64,000 bases of DNA from Raillietiella orientalis (taxonomy: Eukaryota): positions 186,001-250,000 of the forward strand of contig JAYWIR010000059.1 in NCBI GenBank assembly GCA_036172245.1, written 5' to 3'. Positions 21,210-35,900 of this stretch are shown piece by piece. Each line of letters starts with the position of its first letter. Positions within the stretch are counted from its first letter, which is position 1. Below the pieces are notes generated by a model, which was given only the letters and a program-made list of their open reading frames with translations, was not told the DNA's origin and ran no database searches. The position numbers were made by a program, and so were the translations under genes.

Positions 21210-24200
21210 AACGCGTGCCAAACCTGCCTTCCCCCCTACTTGGAATCATGAGATCCTCCCGGGATTATCGTCCTCCCTGACTCATCAAAGATTCATCAAA
21301 GCTGGAAGTATTCATCGGTCGAGTTTGGTCTTTCTTCTAGACCAGTGAAACTCATTACATAATGTTATGAGTTATTGTTTCCAGGAAAGTCCAGGAAAAA
21401 AAACTGGATCAACTATAACGGGAATGAAAACGAACATCTTTCTTTCAAAACCAACTTTCTTGCTTACCGCTAGAACTATAAGCGAAAGGTTTCAAGAATC
21501 CAAACGAAGTTGCATGTTGAATTACTTCTTGTGTAGCAACCAATCTCTTTTCTTAAATACAGATCAAAAATTAAAAAGCACAAAAAAAAACGGGCGATAA
21601 TTGCATTCAGGATAGAAGGCCTCCTGAAATACGAAATTGGCCGTTAAGAATTCCTCAACAAGAGAAAGTTACACATTTTCCTGCACGACGTAGTACCAAC
21701 TGATTTCGATGTAATTTGGGTGTCCCTTGAAATACAAGGAAAAATGAAATGAAAATTACGCTGACTAGAATTTCCAGCGAGGGCCACCAGAAATGTGTTT
21801 TATTTCGAGTGCAATTCTATTCCTTACATGCAAGTTCAAAGAACGTTCCTCTTACAAACGGTTCTCCTTTCGTTACAATTTTTATTTATTTTTGTACAAA
21901 ATCGAAATGCTTTCACAAGCACGAACCATTGCCGATGTTAGGAATAGCCTGTGTTTAGAAAGGTACGTAAATCCAGCTTCATCGGTACCTTTCCGTGGAA
22001 AATTGGGCTCCACGCACAATCATGGAATTACGCAGCCAACAGATAGGTCAATGCCATTCCAGTAATAAAAAGACACAACGCCGTGCAAGAATCATTTTGC
22101 GACAGATCTTGGATGATTTTCGTTCCTGACAGGTACATCTTCTCTATGGGATGCTTGGTATATGTCTTTTCTTGATCGTCATCTGATTCGGACGGTGCGT
22201 AGCATTTACTTCTCTGTGGAGAGGATCTTTTGCAAAGATCTTCATTTTTAGTCGTTTTCGTCTTTCTTATAGATTGCAATACCTCTCCTCTAGGTCCATG
22301 ACGTGTTTTTTCTACAGTTCTTTTTAATTCGCAGATATTCATCATTGGAATGAATTCAGATGATTCGTTGGATTCTGCATCCGATTCACAAGATATAGAC
22401 TTTCTTGTCATTTCCTCTGGAAAACAGAGACAAGAAAGACTAATGAACACACAAAACTCAGCAACAGGAATTGAAATTTGATTGCGCCTTCATCGTTGAT
22501 TGCTTACAACACATTTAAGGAAATGTTTCACGTTCCTTGTAATTTTTCAACATGCAAACAAGTTTGATCTTTTCTCTAAAGATAAAAAAGGTACATCTTT
22601 GAAAATGCTGTATTCTACAAAGCATAACCCAATTGAACTGTTCAAATAAATTGGGACAAAGTGCGTGAAACTTTTCGTGACAAATTCAAGGATCACCTGT
22701 ATTAGGGAGCAATTTCACTCTGGTAGCACTGCAGTATTTTACGTAATGATGTCAAATGAGAATACAGCAGTTTGAACGCAAATCGAAATGAAAGAACAAG
22801 AAGAAACACAGAACTGTAGGTTACAAAAGGTGCACACACTTTTTTTTTTTTATGTAGCATGCATTCGAGGTATTGTTGGACATTATATTATTGCATTTGT
22901 AAATATTTTTTTTATTCAGCATGCATTCAAAGTTCACGTACTTTTTTAAGGCCTCATACGTTCTTGAATTAAAAAAAAAAATGGGATATTGATTGATCAC
23001 ATGCATCATATTTATGAACTATGCACTTCACATGCGATATGAAAATACACTGAGTTGAAGCGTATCATTGAGATAAGCAATTCGTATTCATTGCTTATAA
23101 GCAGGTATTTGTAACAAAAACACCTTTTGCTTCGTCTAAGGCTAAACTCAATATCATCCACGTCCGCTTGTAGAGTTGACCCTTGAACGAACGAGGGTTT
23201 CCACAAACCTCGATGTGTACCAGTTCTGGTACGACACGAACCGTGTGGGGTCAGAAGTGGCTGTTCTACTCACAACCTGCAACTAATGTAACCAAGCTGT
23301 TATACTGCATTCAAAGGAAAAGAATTGAAGAAAAAGTGTGAATCCACCGCTGAGGAAAATTCTCCATCAGTGGATAATTGCTGCTATAGGAGTGGAAAAA
23401 CTCAAGCATGCTAAGATCCTCACTCCCAGAATCAAACTGGGCATATTGCAGGAAGCAAGATCCACATCCGTGGACCTTCGGCTCTCTAGATACCAACCCA
23501 ACAGGAGAAAACTGCGAAAAACGAGTAAGCCACCTACTCTCTGTCACGACAATCAAGAACGTCCACAAATGAGATTCAGAATTCATGTCTATGCATTTAT
23601 TATCCATCCATCCTATTGTAATTTTCACTTCGTCTGATACTTCTAATATCGATGAAAGGGCAGTTTGAATGAATTATTTTTTTTTTGTTCATACCGAAGA
23701 TTCAGATTCCTCATTCGAACTTACAGTATGATTAGGAGTTATCCATTAAGAGAATCGGATTGTCACACTGCATTCACCGTTCGCATGTTTGAATTTCGAT
23801 CACATGCCACTTAGTGATGTGGATTGTCAAATCGAACACATCGTATCGTAAGCAATACAACACGGCACTACTATATTGTGACAATATTGCCATGAAGCAA
23901 GAAAACACAGGAAAACCACAAAGATATTTTCCTATGTCTCTGGTAGCTTCGTGTATCATTTTAGAATATATCCAAAATAAGATCACCTGCGGCTGGAAAC
24001 TTCCATGCTTTTTTCCTGCTCTCTGTTGCTTCACCCGAAGCAAATTACCCTACTTCCAAGGTCAAAAAATGGCTTCCTGAGACTGTAATGCTATATTTTC
24101 TGATGCTTTCTATGCTATTAACGTTTTCATTTGTTATGTTGGAAGTCATTCCATGAAAATATTTCATATTCCAGTCTACTATGATACATACATAAATGTT

Positions 24201-24399
24201 CAACTATTCTATCGTTAATCCAACTATAACGATAAAGCAAAACTTTTGAGCTGGCATGTTCGATATTTACAAGAAGTGATTCCTAATTTGTTTAGGTTTG
24301 AATCGAATATTCTCGCGAATATTCTTCTTGAAGTCCACACAGGTCAGTTGCAGCGTTTTTCCTTGCATCTCTGTCCATTTTCCCCCCTCCAACTATAGA

Positions 24400-25300
24400 G
24401 AATTGTTCCCTTTCTCTTGAATTTTTCTCTTCGATTCATCAAAAGCGATGCATTAATTAGGAGTATTTTAAGATTTGATACTGTTGGGTGGCTTACTGCT
24501 GTATCGACTCCAAGAACTTTGAGTGAACTAATGAACAAGTACTACTTCACAATAGGACATCTCGCCGTATCTATTTAATTCCTTTCCTAAATGAACCTTC
24601 TATGTGATAAAACAGGTACTTGTTTGAATGTTTATGGTTTTGTGCTACGATGAAAACGAACCAATTCTCTAATACTAACGAACAATTTCGATATCATTTC
24701 TAATTTAAAACTGAAGTCAGTGTTCCGAATTTCGAACTACTTTCTAAGTCAGGCTTCTCAGATGCATGGATCACGCAAATACTGCAATACTGTTGGAAAG
24801 CCATGTCCATTTCCAGGTGTTTTTCGGTACACTCTTGTTGCCTGCAGCTTAACTTACCCATTCGTGTCCATTCAATAAAATTGCCTCACTCACCAAAAGC
24901 AAAAGAGGTTCTGAAAATCGCACCGCAAGTGTCAAATGCCCATGCATTTGATTGCATCATTGCATGAACAGAAGCCAAGAGCTTCGAATTCCGTTGGCAT
25001 GATACGCGTTTATCAATGATGATGCGATACCCATTCTCTGAGAGAGAATCGAAATGAAAACCAGGTTTCAAAAGTAAATGCATTAATTCTAACATGTCGT
25101 CTAAATCTGAATTTCTCTTTATCAAATAGTGTGCTTTCTAACAACCTAGGTTTGGTACAACACCAGTGCCGACACGGAATCGCAGCAAAAAATCCTGGTT
25201 CACATTTGACTGCTAATTATTCGAAAGAATGGGGAAAAAGTAGTAATATCCCCGTTTCCAAGGTTTCCACTTCTACCATTTCTAAGTCACATGGGGAAAA
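24400..25300 (-). mobile_element. Heavily decayed LINE RT fragment
   Basis: HLLLKPG...SENGYRII resembles LIPKPGK...YRPI. It is followed by AIFR (cf. GFR) and MDMAF (cf. D..KAF). Boundaries approximate. Confidence 0.4.
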
Positions 25301-26917
25301 AAAATGCTGCCATCCATCATTTCAGGCTTGGTGATGGTCAAACCAAACAATATGGCCGCTAATTTGGCCTCCAGGCTTAGGTTGGTAGTTGCCGTTTCCT
25401 TATCGTTATCTGGAATCATCTAAAACAGAATACATAAACCGCGTGATGTAATTATGTACATTTACCTTGTCGGCAATATGCTGTATTATCAATCCGCGTT
25501 CGCCAACGATAAATATTGAAAACCCGTCGTACCACCTGCAATACAAACCATAATAAACAACTTCCAGAGTATTCTACCTTACGTTTCCTCCATTTCATTT
25601 GCGTAGTGAGACCGATTTTTTGACAGTTTAGATTTCCAAAAGAAACGAAGGCCCTAAAACATAGCTTTGTGGCACATTAAGACAATTCCATTGAAACCTT
25701 GAGGGTGCCTACGCCAACGATACGCCAGCGTACTTTGACACACTTCTCTTCTGGATGCAAAGTAATCTTAAGCACCCTCATTTTGACCCAAGAGAACCGT
25801 ATACAACCAAATATCCTGAACAAGAAGATTTGTTGAGCGTATTTTGTTAGTCCCCTAAAAAGCCTGACAAGTTACTGTATAGCAAGGGCAGTGTCTTACA
25901 CTGTTATCGTTCCCCGAATGTTGTTCTCAAACACGACGTTTGGATGGTAAATATGATAAGGGTGGGACGCATCGAAAAAATTGGGCAGCTAATGAATTAT
26001 CAACGTAAGAAAAATGGTCCACCTTTACTTACACTGTCAGAAAGCGCAGAAAATACATGCTCTAACTGTTGCTGTGTTGGACATGGTAAGTTTGACTGAA
26101 ATTTAGTGTGGGTAGAGCCTTGGGAGATTCGCTTTTGACACAATATGTTCTTTGCTGAAATCTGGGAGAAAAGCACCGATGCATTTTGCATCGTAAAGAG
26201 AAACAGATCCCTTGGTTCTAAGTGATGTTTCCCAATCTTCCTGATATCCTTGAAGAATAGACACTTGTTCACTAGAATTTGGTTGGATATCGAAAGTTTG
26301 TTTGCGTTTTTCAATTCCAAAAAACCTGATAATACATGTGTTTGCAAACTCCTCACGGACTGTCCCTGAATGGGTACACACATACATCTCCATCTAATTG
26401 GTCCAACGATTTGGGAAACACTAGGAAATAATAACGTAGGATGGTGATATTTAGAAAAAGCATGGTATCTAGAAAAGACTGGGCAGGCTCGCCAAGGTCT
26501 AAACCAAAAGGTAACTGCCCACTCCAATGCTTGCCAAGCTCTCATGATACAAGCTAAATGACAGAGATTAAAAACAAATTTCCAATTAAATAAACCAAAG
26601 CAAATAGACAGACACTCCAGCTGCTACAGAATCAGCAAGCACATCAAAAATTATACATGTATAATATACAATATCTTTGACATGAGTATAATCAATCAGG
26701 AACATCGCAAATGTGACAATCTATGGATAAGACAATTTGTATTAAATACAGAATGAGTATATGAATCATTAAAATTCTTGGAATGGATCCTGATCTTGGA
26801 CAGGGGTGGTCTTTCTCCACTCAGCATAGCTTACCACCAAGTACATACAATTAGTTCATGTATGAAACTATTTAATGAGTTAGTGGTCTTCTGACCACAA
26901 ATACCACTGTCACAGAT

Positions 26918-29900
26918 CTAATAATCCATTGTTTTGATGAACTCAACAGCTGCACAAAACTGTGTCCACCAGTATCGTTCTTCTCCTTCCATGCGATTCT
27001 CATACAAGCTGTTGATGTACTGAATAGTAGACAAAAGGTGAGATGGATTAGCCTGAAACCAGATACGTAATCCGAACCAAATATTTTCAGTCCATCATAC
27101 CTTCACCAGCACATAAACCAGAACAGGGGTAACATGGTCTGCAGTGGGTACATTCTTCTCATCAGCCAATGACAGGACATTTACAATCGTTCTGCAACAC
27201 TGGAGCACACAATTCAGTTTGTCTTGTGGTGTTTTGAAGGCATCCATCCGACGAATATCAGCTTGTGCACTGGGCCAAGGGCATTCACGACACTGTGGAT
27301 ATGAAATGCGTAATCCCTTATGACTTGGTGTCAGAGTCAATGATAATTGACACATGTGCTTATGAAGGACTTCATCTCTTTGTAAATCTCCTTCTCCATT
27401 GGGATACAGAGCCCACAAATAAATGCGATTCATGACATAGCGCTCAATCTCTAGTTGGACAATGTTCAGTTGCTCCTGGGTAATAACTGAAAAATAGCCA
27501 ATCAAAAGTTATTCATAATAACTAATGCATTTACATTTCCACATGACTTCCTGTTTGGCTTGCCCCCATAGGTTATCCAAAAACGATTCCACATAATCTG
27601 CTTTTTCATCTGGAGCTCTGAGTTTTGGAAATTCAATTGCAAATAATGTCAAATTTTGTTCTCGTTTTTCCAGAAAATGCCGTACAGACATAGCCAAAAG
27701 AAAGCGTACACATGTTTGTCTTTCTTGTTCAACTTGAGCCATAAGCCTTGAAATATTATGATCACTTATCTTTGGTTCCTTTTTTTACCTGTCTAAGTAG
27801 CTCTTAATGCCAAGCAACTTCTGTCTGCACTTGTTCAAGTATGATATGTACGCCGATCTTTGAAAATAATCTTCTCTTAAGGCATGTATGAGCTCTCCAC
27901 ACCTATAATGGACCAACACGAAGCTTTCACACAAAAGAACTCACATGTTATCATCAAAATTCAGCAAGCAGCGTTGTGTCTCATGAAGCTGAATTATGGA
28001 AGCCTGATCCTGAAGACTAACATATGCCGCCAGCTGCAGACGCAAAAAAGATATCAGCTTTGTGCGCGTGATTCTGTTCTAAAATAATACTGCTTCAAAT
28101 TTTTTGCTCCGAAATTCCACATACTTTATCTTCAGGAAGACTAGCAGTAAGCCACAACAAATAAGTATCTGCATTACTTAAAACAAGTCTCAATTTCTTC
28201 TTAGCATCATTGAAGATTAAAACTTCTTCCACATCTTCATTTTCCACTTTTGGATGATCTTCATCTAAATCAAGTTTTGAATTCCCTTCACTTTCACAGT
28301 TCAAGCTTGATTGAACATACTTATTACGGTACTTATCTAAAATCTGACTGGACTGCTCTGAAAAATTTTCGGTTTAGTAACTTCACAATACTTGTTTACC
28401 TGATAATTGTAGATCATCACCATTCTCAAAAGAAAATTCATTATGATGATCTGGAACATAACACGTATCTCGAGGATCCGAATGCCTGTCAAAAGATTTA
28501 CGATGAGAATTTTTAAAAGATATTTTCCAACGGAAAAAACGTTTTTTCTGTTTTGAATGATCATCCTAAAATAAGATTAATGTATTACTGCAAGAACTAA
28601 CCATGCATGACTCACTTTTAATTTTGTGACTTCTGAAGCAGATTGGCAATCATAAAATTTGGCAGATCCTACTGATATAATCACATCAGTGGGCATTGCA
28701 CCTATAATATAATACAAAAAATGTTAATGGAACTCTCAAGGCAAAATGTTACTTTTCATAGCAGCATCTGCACTTCCGCTGCTACAAGATGAGGAAACAC
28801 TGCGAGCCATATCTTTCCAACTTGATTGTGTATCCTGAAAATAATTCTGCAAGTTGAAAGTCTGCTTATTCACATGTACCTTGCATGCTTCAGAATCCTG
28901 GTGAACCAATTCTTGAGTGCAGGATACCATAACAGGAGGCATATTATATTCTGAAACTATGAGAAGTTGAAGTTTGCAAACACAAATTGTACCAAATATC
29001 AAATAATCACAAGCACTATACTGATGCGCACAAAATCGTTCTAATGTCGTGTAAGTACGACCGATAAATATGAACTCCTTAATAGAATTTTCTTTTGATA
29101 TACAACAATTCCAAACAAAGACAATTTTAAAAATGGGGCCATCAATTTCATGATATTGCATATGGAAACAAACACAAAATCCCTCAAAGTTTTTGATATG
29201 TTGAATTTCTTGTTGATATCCTACATTTGGAACTGCTAAATCCACAAATCCAACAAAGGAAGTGCTCCAAATTTTCAAGTACACAATGCATACTTGAAAA
29301 CAGGAAAAACTCCTCTGAAAGATTCTTTGATATTAATTCAGGATAAGGAAACCGGAACTGGACCTACACTATTTTAATGTCCTGTGTACAAGTAATGATT
29401 TCAAAATCCGTATAAGTCTTGAAAATTTCATAACTGTTGTCTTTAAACTGCTGCTATGTATATAAAGCGCCCTATGAATATAACTGATACAAAAATCATG
29501 AAAAGATTTAAAAAATTACTAACAACATAAGTAATGATTACTGAGCTAACAGATTGCATCTAGCAATACACAATGACTGTCCATAGTATATTAGTTAATT
29601 TTTAATAACAAGTCACAATAATTGCATTATTAACAAGAATACAGGATAAAATCAGTTAACATATAAGCTTAAGAAATGATATAAAACGATGAAACAAATA
29701 TGTACCATTTTTAAACTTATTAAAAATTATCCAAAAGCCAAACACTTTAATGATCAATGATGTAAAGCACCTATCAAAAGATAAAATCTTTGGTCACAAT
29801 AAAAAAAAAATGAGACACCACTGAAAAACACTGACAATTCATGTATGGAAAGAAAATCTAGGGAACAGTACTTTATGTCATAATGCCTAAGAAGATAATA

Positions 29901-32900
29901 AACATATATAGTTTACCTATGACCCACTAGCTGATACAATAAAATGTGAAAACTAACAATTGGTCTGTCTACTTAACAGAAAATCATTAGATACCTATTT
30001 ACATTGACATCATTAGATATTTATTTACAACTCGGGTTTGAAATTACGAGCATACAGAATTCATAACAAAACATCAAAAAGTCTTGAATACACTTCCAGA
30101 TTCTACAGGGCAAAGCTCATTAAATAAACATACAATTTTTTTGTTTTTTAATACATAACTCTAGCTTTTTCCTACCTTGTGTTGTTAGTATCAAACAAAA
30201 TGTGCTAAGTATCATTTTAAATAAACAAAATGAGGGTTTTACAAAAAAAAAAAAAAGGCCATCTCAAAACAACAGGGGTAATAAAAAACATTTGCACTCA
30301 CCAGTACCATCATCAAATATGGCATTCTGATCATTACAATGACTGGATTGAATACTGGAATGTTCTCGGATTTCCACAGAAGCTCTTGAGTCTGTTTCAA
30401 TAACTTTCTGTTTTAATCAGCTAATACATCTACTTACCTTTGTTCTGATCAACACTCAGTGGCATATCAGCAACTATGTCTCCTTCGCCATCCATAACTG
30501 AGTCCATACGAACTACTTCATCGGACCTAATTAGGAAATTTTAAACACTGAATCACAGTATTTTCCAACCTAGCAGTGAATACAGAATTTGTATCATCTG
30601 TATCCAGCTCTGCCAAGCGATCTGTATCTGACACAAGCACATCAGTGCTCCAGGAAGATGCAGTTTCCATATTTTCAGTCATGTCCATGAGTGCACACTA
30701 ACAGTGCATTTTATTTCAATTTTCCAGTTTAAACTAACCTGTGGAGGAAGAGATGGCTCTACTGTCTCACTATCGCTAGCTAACACATCTGTGCTCCAAG
30801 TCTCACTAACAAGAGAGACAGTCTCATCCCCTGATAAGATAATTTGACATTTACGGTAACCAAAAAACATATAATTACCTTTATTTTCTAACAAGGGAGT
30901 AATTTCAAATTTACCAAAACGATCCTCAATATCTGAAGCTCGAGTATGTTTCATGTGACGTGACTTCTGCTCTGATTGTAAATGAGAGTCTGATCCATGA
31001 CAGCAAGTACTGTCCTCTCCTTCAGTGACCTGAGAAGAAGGGGTGTTTCGACCTAGAAGACAATTTAAAAATCAACTCTCAGAAAATGATTAAATATAAT
31101 TTATATTCATTATAACAATTTATGATCAAAATCATCCCAGTAATTGTTTATTCAATACCTGACACATTTGGACTATCTCTGCATGAAACATTGGCTGAAA
31201 TGAGTTCTGAGAGATTGTCATCTTTATCCTCGTTCTCCAGTTCCATGGATGACGTAATACTGTGATTGGAAGCCGCTTCAGAGACTGCTTCCAAATTGTC
31301 ACTCGCATTTCCTGATTTAAAGGACCATTTTTTTTTTGTTTTTCTTATTACCAACCTAGAGAACCATCATCTTGAGATATGAAAAATCGGGTTCTTTTCC
31401 CAACACTATTACTTGCTGTGCTATTGGATACATTTACTCTTTCTACTGACACAGAGTCTAAATGACGCTGCTGATGCTCCTTATGCAATGCTAAAACTTG
31501 CTGTTCTGATAGCATGCCTAAGTATTCAGACATTCCATTATCTAAAGCAAACAAGAGAATCTCTTCCACATCTTCATTCACACTTGATGAGGAGACACTG
31601 TTCGGAAATTCTAGGAAGATTTTTGAATGTATTGCATGTAATCAGGCATTCCAAATTCACCTATTCCGGATGCAGACTTTTCATTGTTTGCATGTGAAGA
31701 ATAATTCTTATTGCCAACAAAAATGCTAGAATAAAAGTTATCGATGTTTCCATTACATATACATAGATCTTTTGAAAGCTTCTGGATTAATTCACTAAAC
31801 TCTTTTTTATGAAGAATTGCATCTTCATCGGTATACTCCTGGACAAACAAAAGAAATTCCACCTGTAAAGAAAAAAAAATTGTAACTAGTTACATGGTGC
31901 TTGTGGCAAACTGACTTACTAGAATTTTTAAATCCTTCGGTGTTATTACTGCAGTAGTTCTCACAAAGTTTTCCGGTTTGCCAAGAAAATCATTTTCATT
32001 TGACTCGGTATCTCTAAGAATGCTTTCTAATATTCCATCCATGCAATCCTTAATGAAATATAAATAACAAAGCTCGATGAATACAGGACGTAAAGTCACA
32101 TTCAATAAACACGATTTCTATTAATAATCAATACGAAATCTGGATATCAAAATAAGTATCTGGATACTTAGTATAGACACAAAACTCATATCTTTAATAA
32201 ATTTGTCTGTATATCATGGTTTTCGAAAATTTACATGTTGCAGGATACAATTTTTTCATCAAACAATTCATGGGTTACTCCAGGAAAACAACCACTGTCC
32301 AGCACCCAAAGAATTCCCTTCAGAAAATGTACTGCACAGATATGCAACACTGAACCACACAAATTTCGAAATGCAAACTTCAAACATAGCACATCACAAA
32401 CTTTCAGTATGGCAGAATGTTTCCCACACATACTTGAAAACAAAATCAATGTTGAAAAGGAAGCACTCTTCCCCAATAAAGAAACCACAAGAAATGCACT
32501 GATGTCAAATTTAAACCAAAACTCCACCCTTATGCCTATGAAACAAAAATAAAACATCTGCCTTAATTTAATAGAAAGCCATTGTTTATGACTGGGGTGG
32601 GAAGACGGTACAGCAATTTGGGTGAAGCACAAATGCATGATGGGAAAATAGCCCAATTTCAAGGCATTTGACTCCTACTTGAGTCCCCAAAGTTAGCAAC
32701 TATCAAATCTGATCAACATGCAACCAAGGAAAAGTGATGCACAGATTCACCTGCAAGAAATATTTTTACTCTTTCTGAAGCAGATTGACTAACATGATTC
32801 AGTACAACACAAGCAGAACTAAAAATCTGGCAGCTGATCTACGATTTTATGTTTGAGAACTGATCAAGAACACTTGAGTTACAATCACAGTTTCTGAAAC

Positions 32901-35900
32901 ATTTTCTTAAAAACATTTTTTAAGGAGCTATTTGTTTCATTTTCACATGAAATGCTTTGTTTTGTTCATGGCTCACTTCACAAAACATGATTTATTTTCT
33001 CCCATCAATAGTTTCCGATTATTGAATAATTATTGGTTAAATTATTAATCTTGAAATGCTAGTTTCCTCCTAGTTTTCAAATGCATCAATTTGTATTTTG
33101 ATTTTTTAAATTAAATTTTAATGGCTTCTTTTGTTGTAAATGTGTAATCTAATGTCTAATTTGGTCATGAGATTTTCAACTCCCTATTTAAATGCATAAA
33201 AATTCAAAATACACTACCAAACTCATTGGATTGAAATGCAATGTTCCCATTTTCACTTTTGCTGCATCAGTTTGCAGATTCTTAATTACTATTTTTAGAG
33301 AATAAAGCATGTTTCTCTATGAAATGGAAGATGAAGTATATCTCATTCTTCTATAAATAAAACAAGCATAATGCCTACTATTCTTATCATGAATAAAAAT
33401 CCAGTATATCACAATTTCTACTTAGAATTTCACTGCCAAGCACAAGCACTTATTTCCAATGTTTACTTCTGACATACTCATGTACCCTTGACTGAGGATA
33501 TCTTGGAGAACAGTTTTCATTTTGCATCTTCACTTTAGTGTAGCAGTAATGGCAGATTAGTTTCCCTGGTCATTCTATCCCTTTTTGTCATTTTCATGTA
33601 ACTCAAAACTACTATGAACAGTGAATCTACAGCAAAATTAAAGGGTACCCAAACATTTCTCTAATGATGGAAAAGTTTCAAAATTCCTCAACAATTACAG
33701 CTTTTTATTTTCTATTCTTTTGGACTTAACAAATCCTTTCTTGGTTTTCACTTCTAGCTATATACCTCAAGAGTTCTCATACATGCTAAACTTACAAAGC
33801 ATTGCAGTTATCATATTTATTTTTAAATTACAACTTCAAATCACAACCTTTTCCAAGGTTATAGCATTAAATATGACAATGCCTTTACGCAATTTCTTAA
33901 AATAATTTTCTTAGGATGATTCACAGTAGGTTCCAATTAGTAATTTCTTGATTAAGCCAACCTAAATGGAAAGCGAACTTACGGGGATACTATCTGCTAT
34001 GCAATTCCCAGTTATAAAGCAAATTTGGGGCAAGATTGATAACAGAAAATTGAAATGTACATTCAATAAAAATCACGAAATCTTTGAATAGGTGGATATA
34101 ATAATCAAATGAATCAAATAAAAATCAGAAATTATTTTGAAAGCATTCTAGCTGCAGCCTTAATTAGAGTTGGCTGCAGGCCAACTCTAATTAAGTCCAA
34201 CTCTGTTGGCCTTAATTAGACTATTAAAGTTTGATAGTTGGTGTTTTTTTAACAAACACAGAATAGTATAACAAAAACTGATGTTTAACCATATTGATTA
34301 AAAATGCATAAAATAGCATAAAAGAATGCATAGATGCAAATACTTCGAGTGTGGAAAATTAACAAGACTGGGAAATTACTAATATCATTACATACACAAT
34401 AAAATTTCAAACAAGAAATGACTACTGCTTTACTTACTGGTGCAAAATGCGAAAGTAAATCAGAAAATTTTGAGTCTGCATCTTCAAATTTTCGCAATGC
34501 TAAGGTTTGCAAGATCTGTGCAATTTGCATAAGATTAAAGCGAGCCACTATGCCTATAGGGGCATCACACACAAGCCCATAAAGTTCTGGATTAACTATG
34601 GCTGGGCAAAGGAAAAGAGCAAAAACAAGATCTATGCAAAATGCATTCACTTCTTTAATAGCAAGCTTGTTACAAACAAAAAGTGTATTTCTCGCATTTT
34701 TGATGAGACACAGTATGTTTTTTGGAAAACAAAACATGCTATGTTTGATTCCATGGATGAAAATGTTAGTGATCTGAACTAATCTGTTTACTATATATGT
34801 TTGATTTCCAATTCTGCAATTGTGTTCATTAGGTACTTTTCTATTTTTGATATGGGGTTGGTACTGCTCTTCATTAAGTGAGGGATCAATGTCCATATAA
34901 TACTCTTCCATCAGCAGATTCAGGATTGGCTCACTAAGAGAAGACGTAAGAAACAGTTTTGCAGAAAACAGACGTTCACTAAAAATCTTGTAAATTCTGC
35001 TGAATGAGCAAGTACCATGTCTTAGGAGCTTTCGAGGGTAATCAGAAGTAACCAACTGTACTTCCATCAGATATTTCAATAATTGCACAACATAATTTTC
35101 ATCTTGTGGAAACAGACAATTACAGTAGACAGTCATCATCACCACAGATGATATGGAATGAGTATACTTAAATGAATGGCGATCAGCAACCAGGAGACAA
35201 GAAGCTAAGTATCTTGGGTTTTCTCGGATATTTCGGATTAAATCAGAATATAATGACACCTAGAATACACAGATAAAATTCATTCACATACTTCTTGAAC
35301 TCGAAGATAATTCTTTAAAATACTAATTTTTGCTGGTAACTAAAATATGATCAAAGTTTTCTTTATAAATATAATCAAAGATTGCTAATAGTTTATGTTA
35401 TGTTATGCCATTTTTAATGTTACTTTGATATTGATATTAAGCCCATTTGATATTGATTAACTATATATTTTACTTGAGAATACAGTCTTCAATTCACTCA
35501 TTAGATGCTTACAATATAATTTGATTGATAAATAAAATATCCAACATAATAGTACATGATAACAACAAATGTATTTTGCTGATTAATGGGATTCTTGATA
35601 ATAAGATTCATTTCAAATATTTCATTCACACCCTCTTGCATTTTAAAATCATAAAAAGGATCACATATGTGTTCATAAGTTAAAGTAAACAATTCATTTA
35701 GGAAAAATGAAAATCTAAATCCAATGCATAAACAATAACAGCACATATTATTCCAAATTTTTGCAGGTTAAACACACTGTGATACAAACTGTGTATTTAC
35801 AGTGAATACATTTTGTGCATACAGTTTCATTTGAAGCCTTAATTTGATAAAAATATACTTAAGTTTTGAAGATAAATGCAACTGAGCGTTTATGTGTTAA

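Noticed and set aside
23200..23800. APE endonuclease remnant on the plus strand
   Set aside because: Only loose fragments (GSEVAVL, YYP, SDCH); insufficient support.
26000..26545. 181-aa minus-strand ORF downstream of GAPVD1
   Set aside because: No recognisable domain or splice context; lies in the probable 3' UTR or intergenic DNA.
28951..29284. Upstream part of the 182-aa ORF 28736-29284 as coding sequence
   Set aside because: Only 28950-28753 fits the GAPVD1 splice phases; the remainder looks like open intron sequence.
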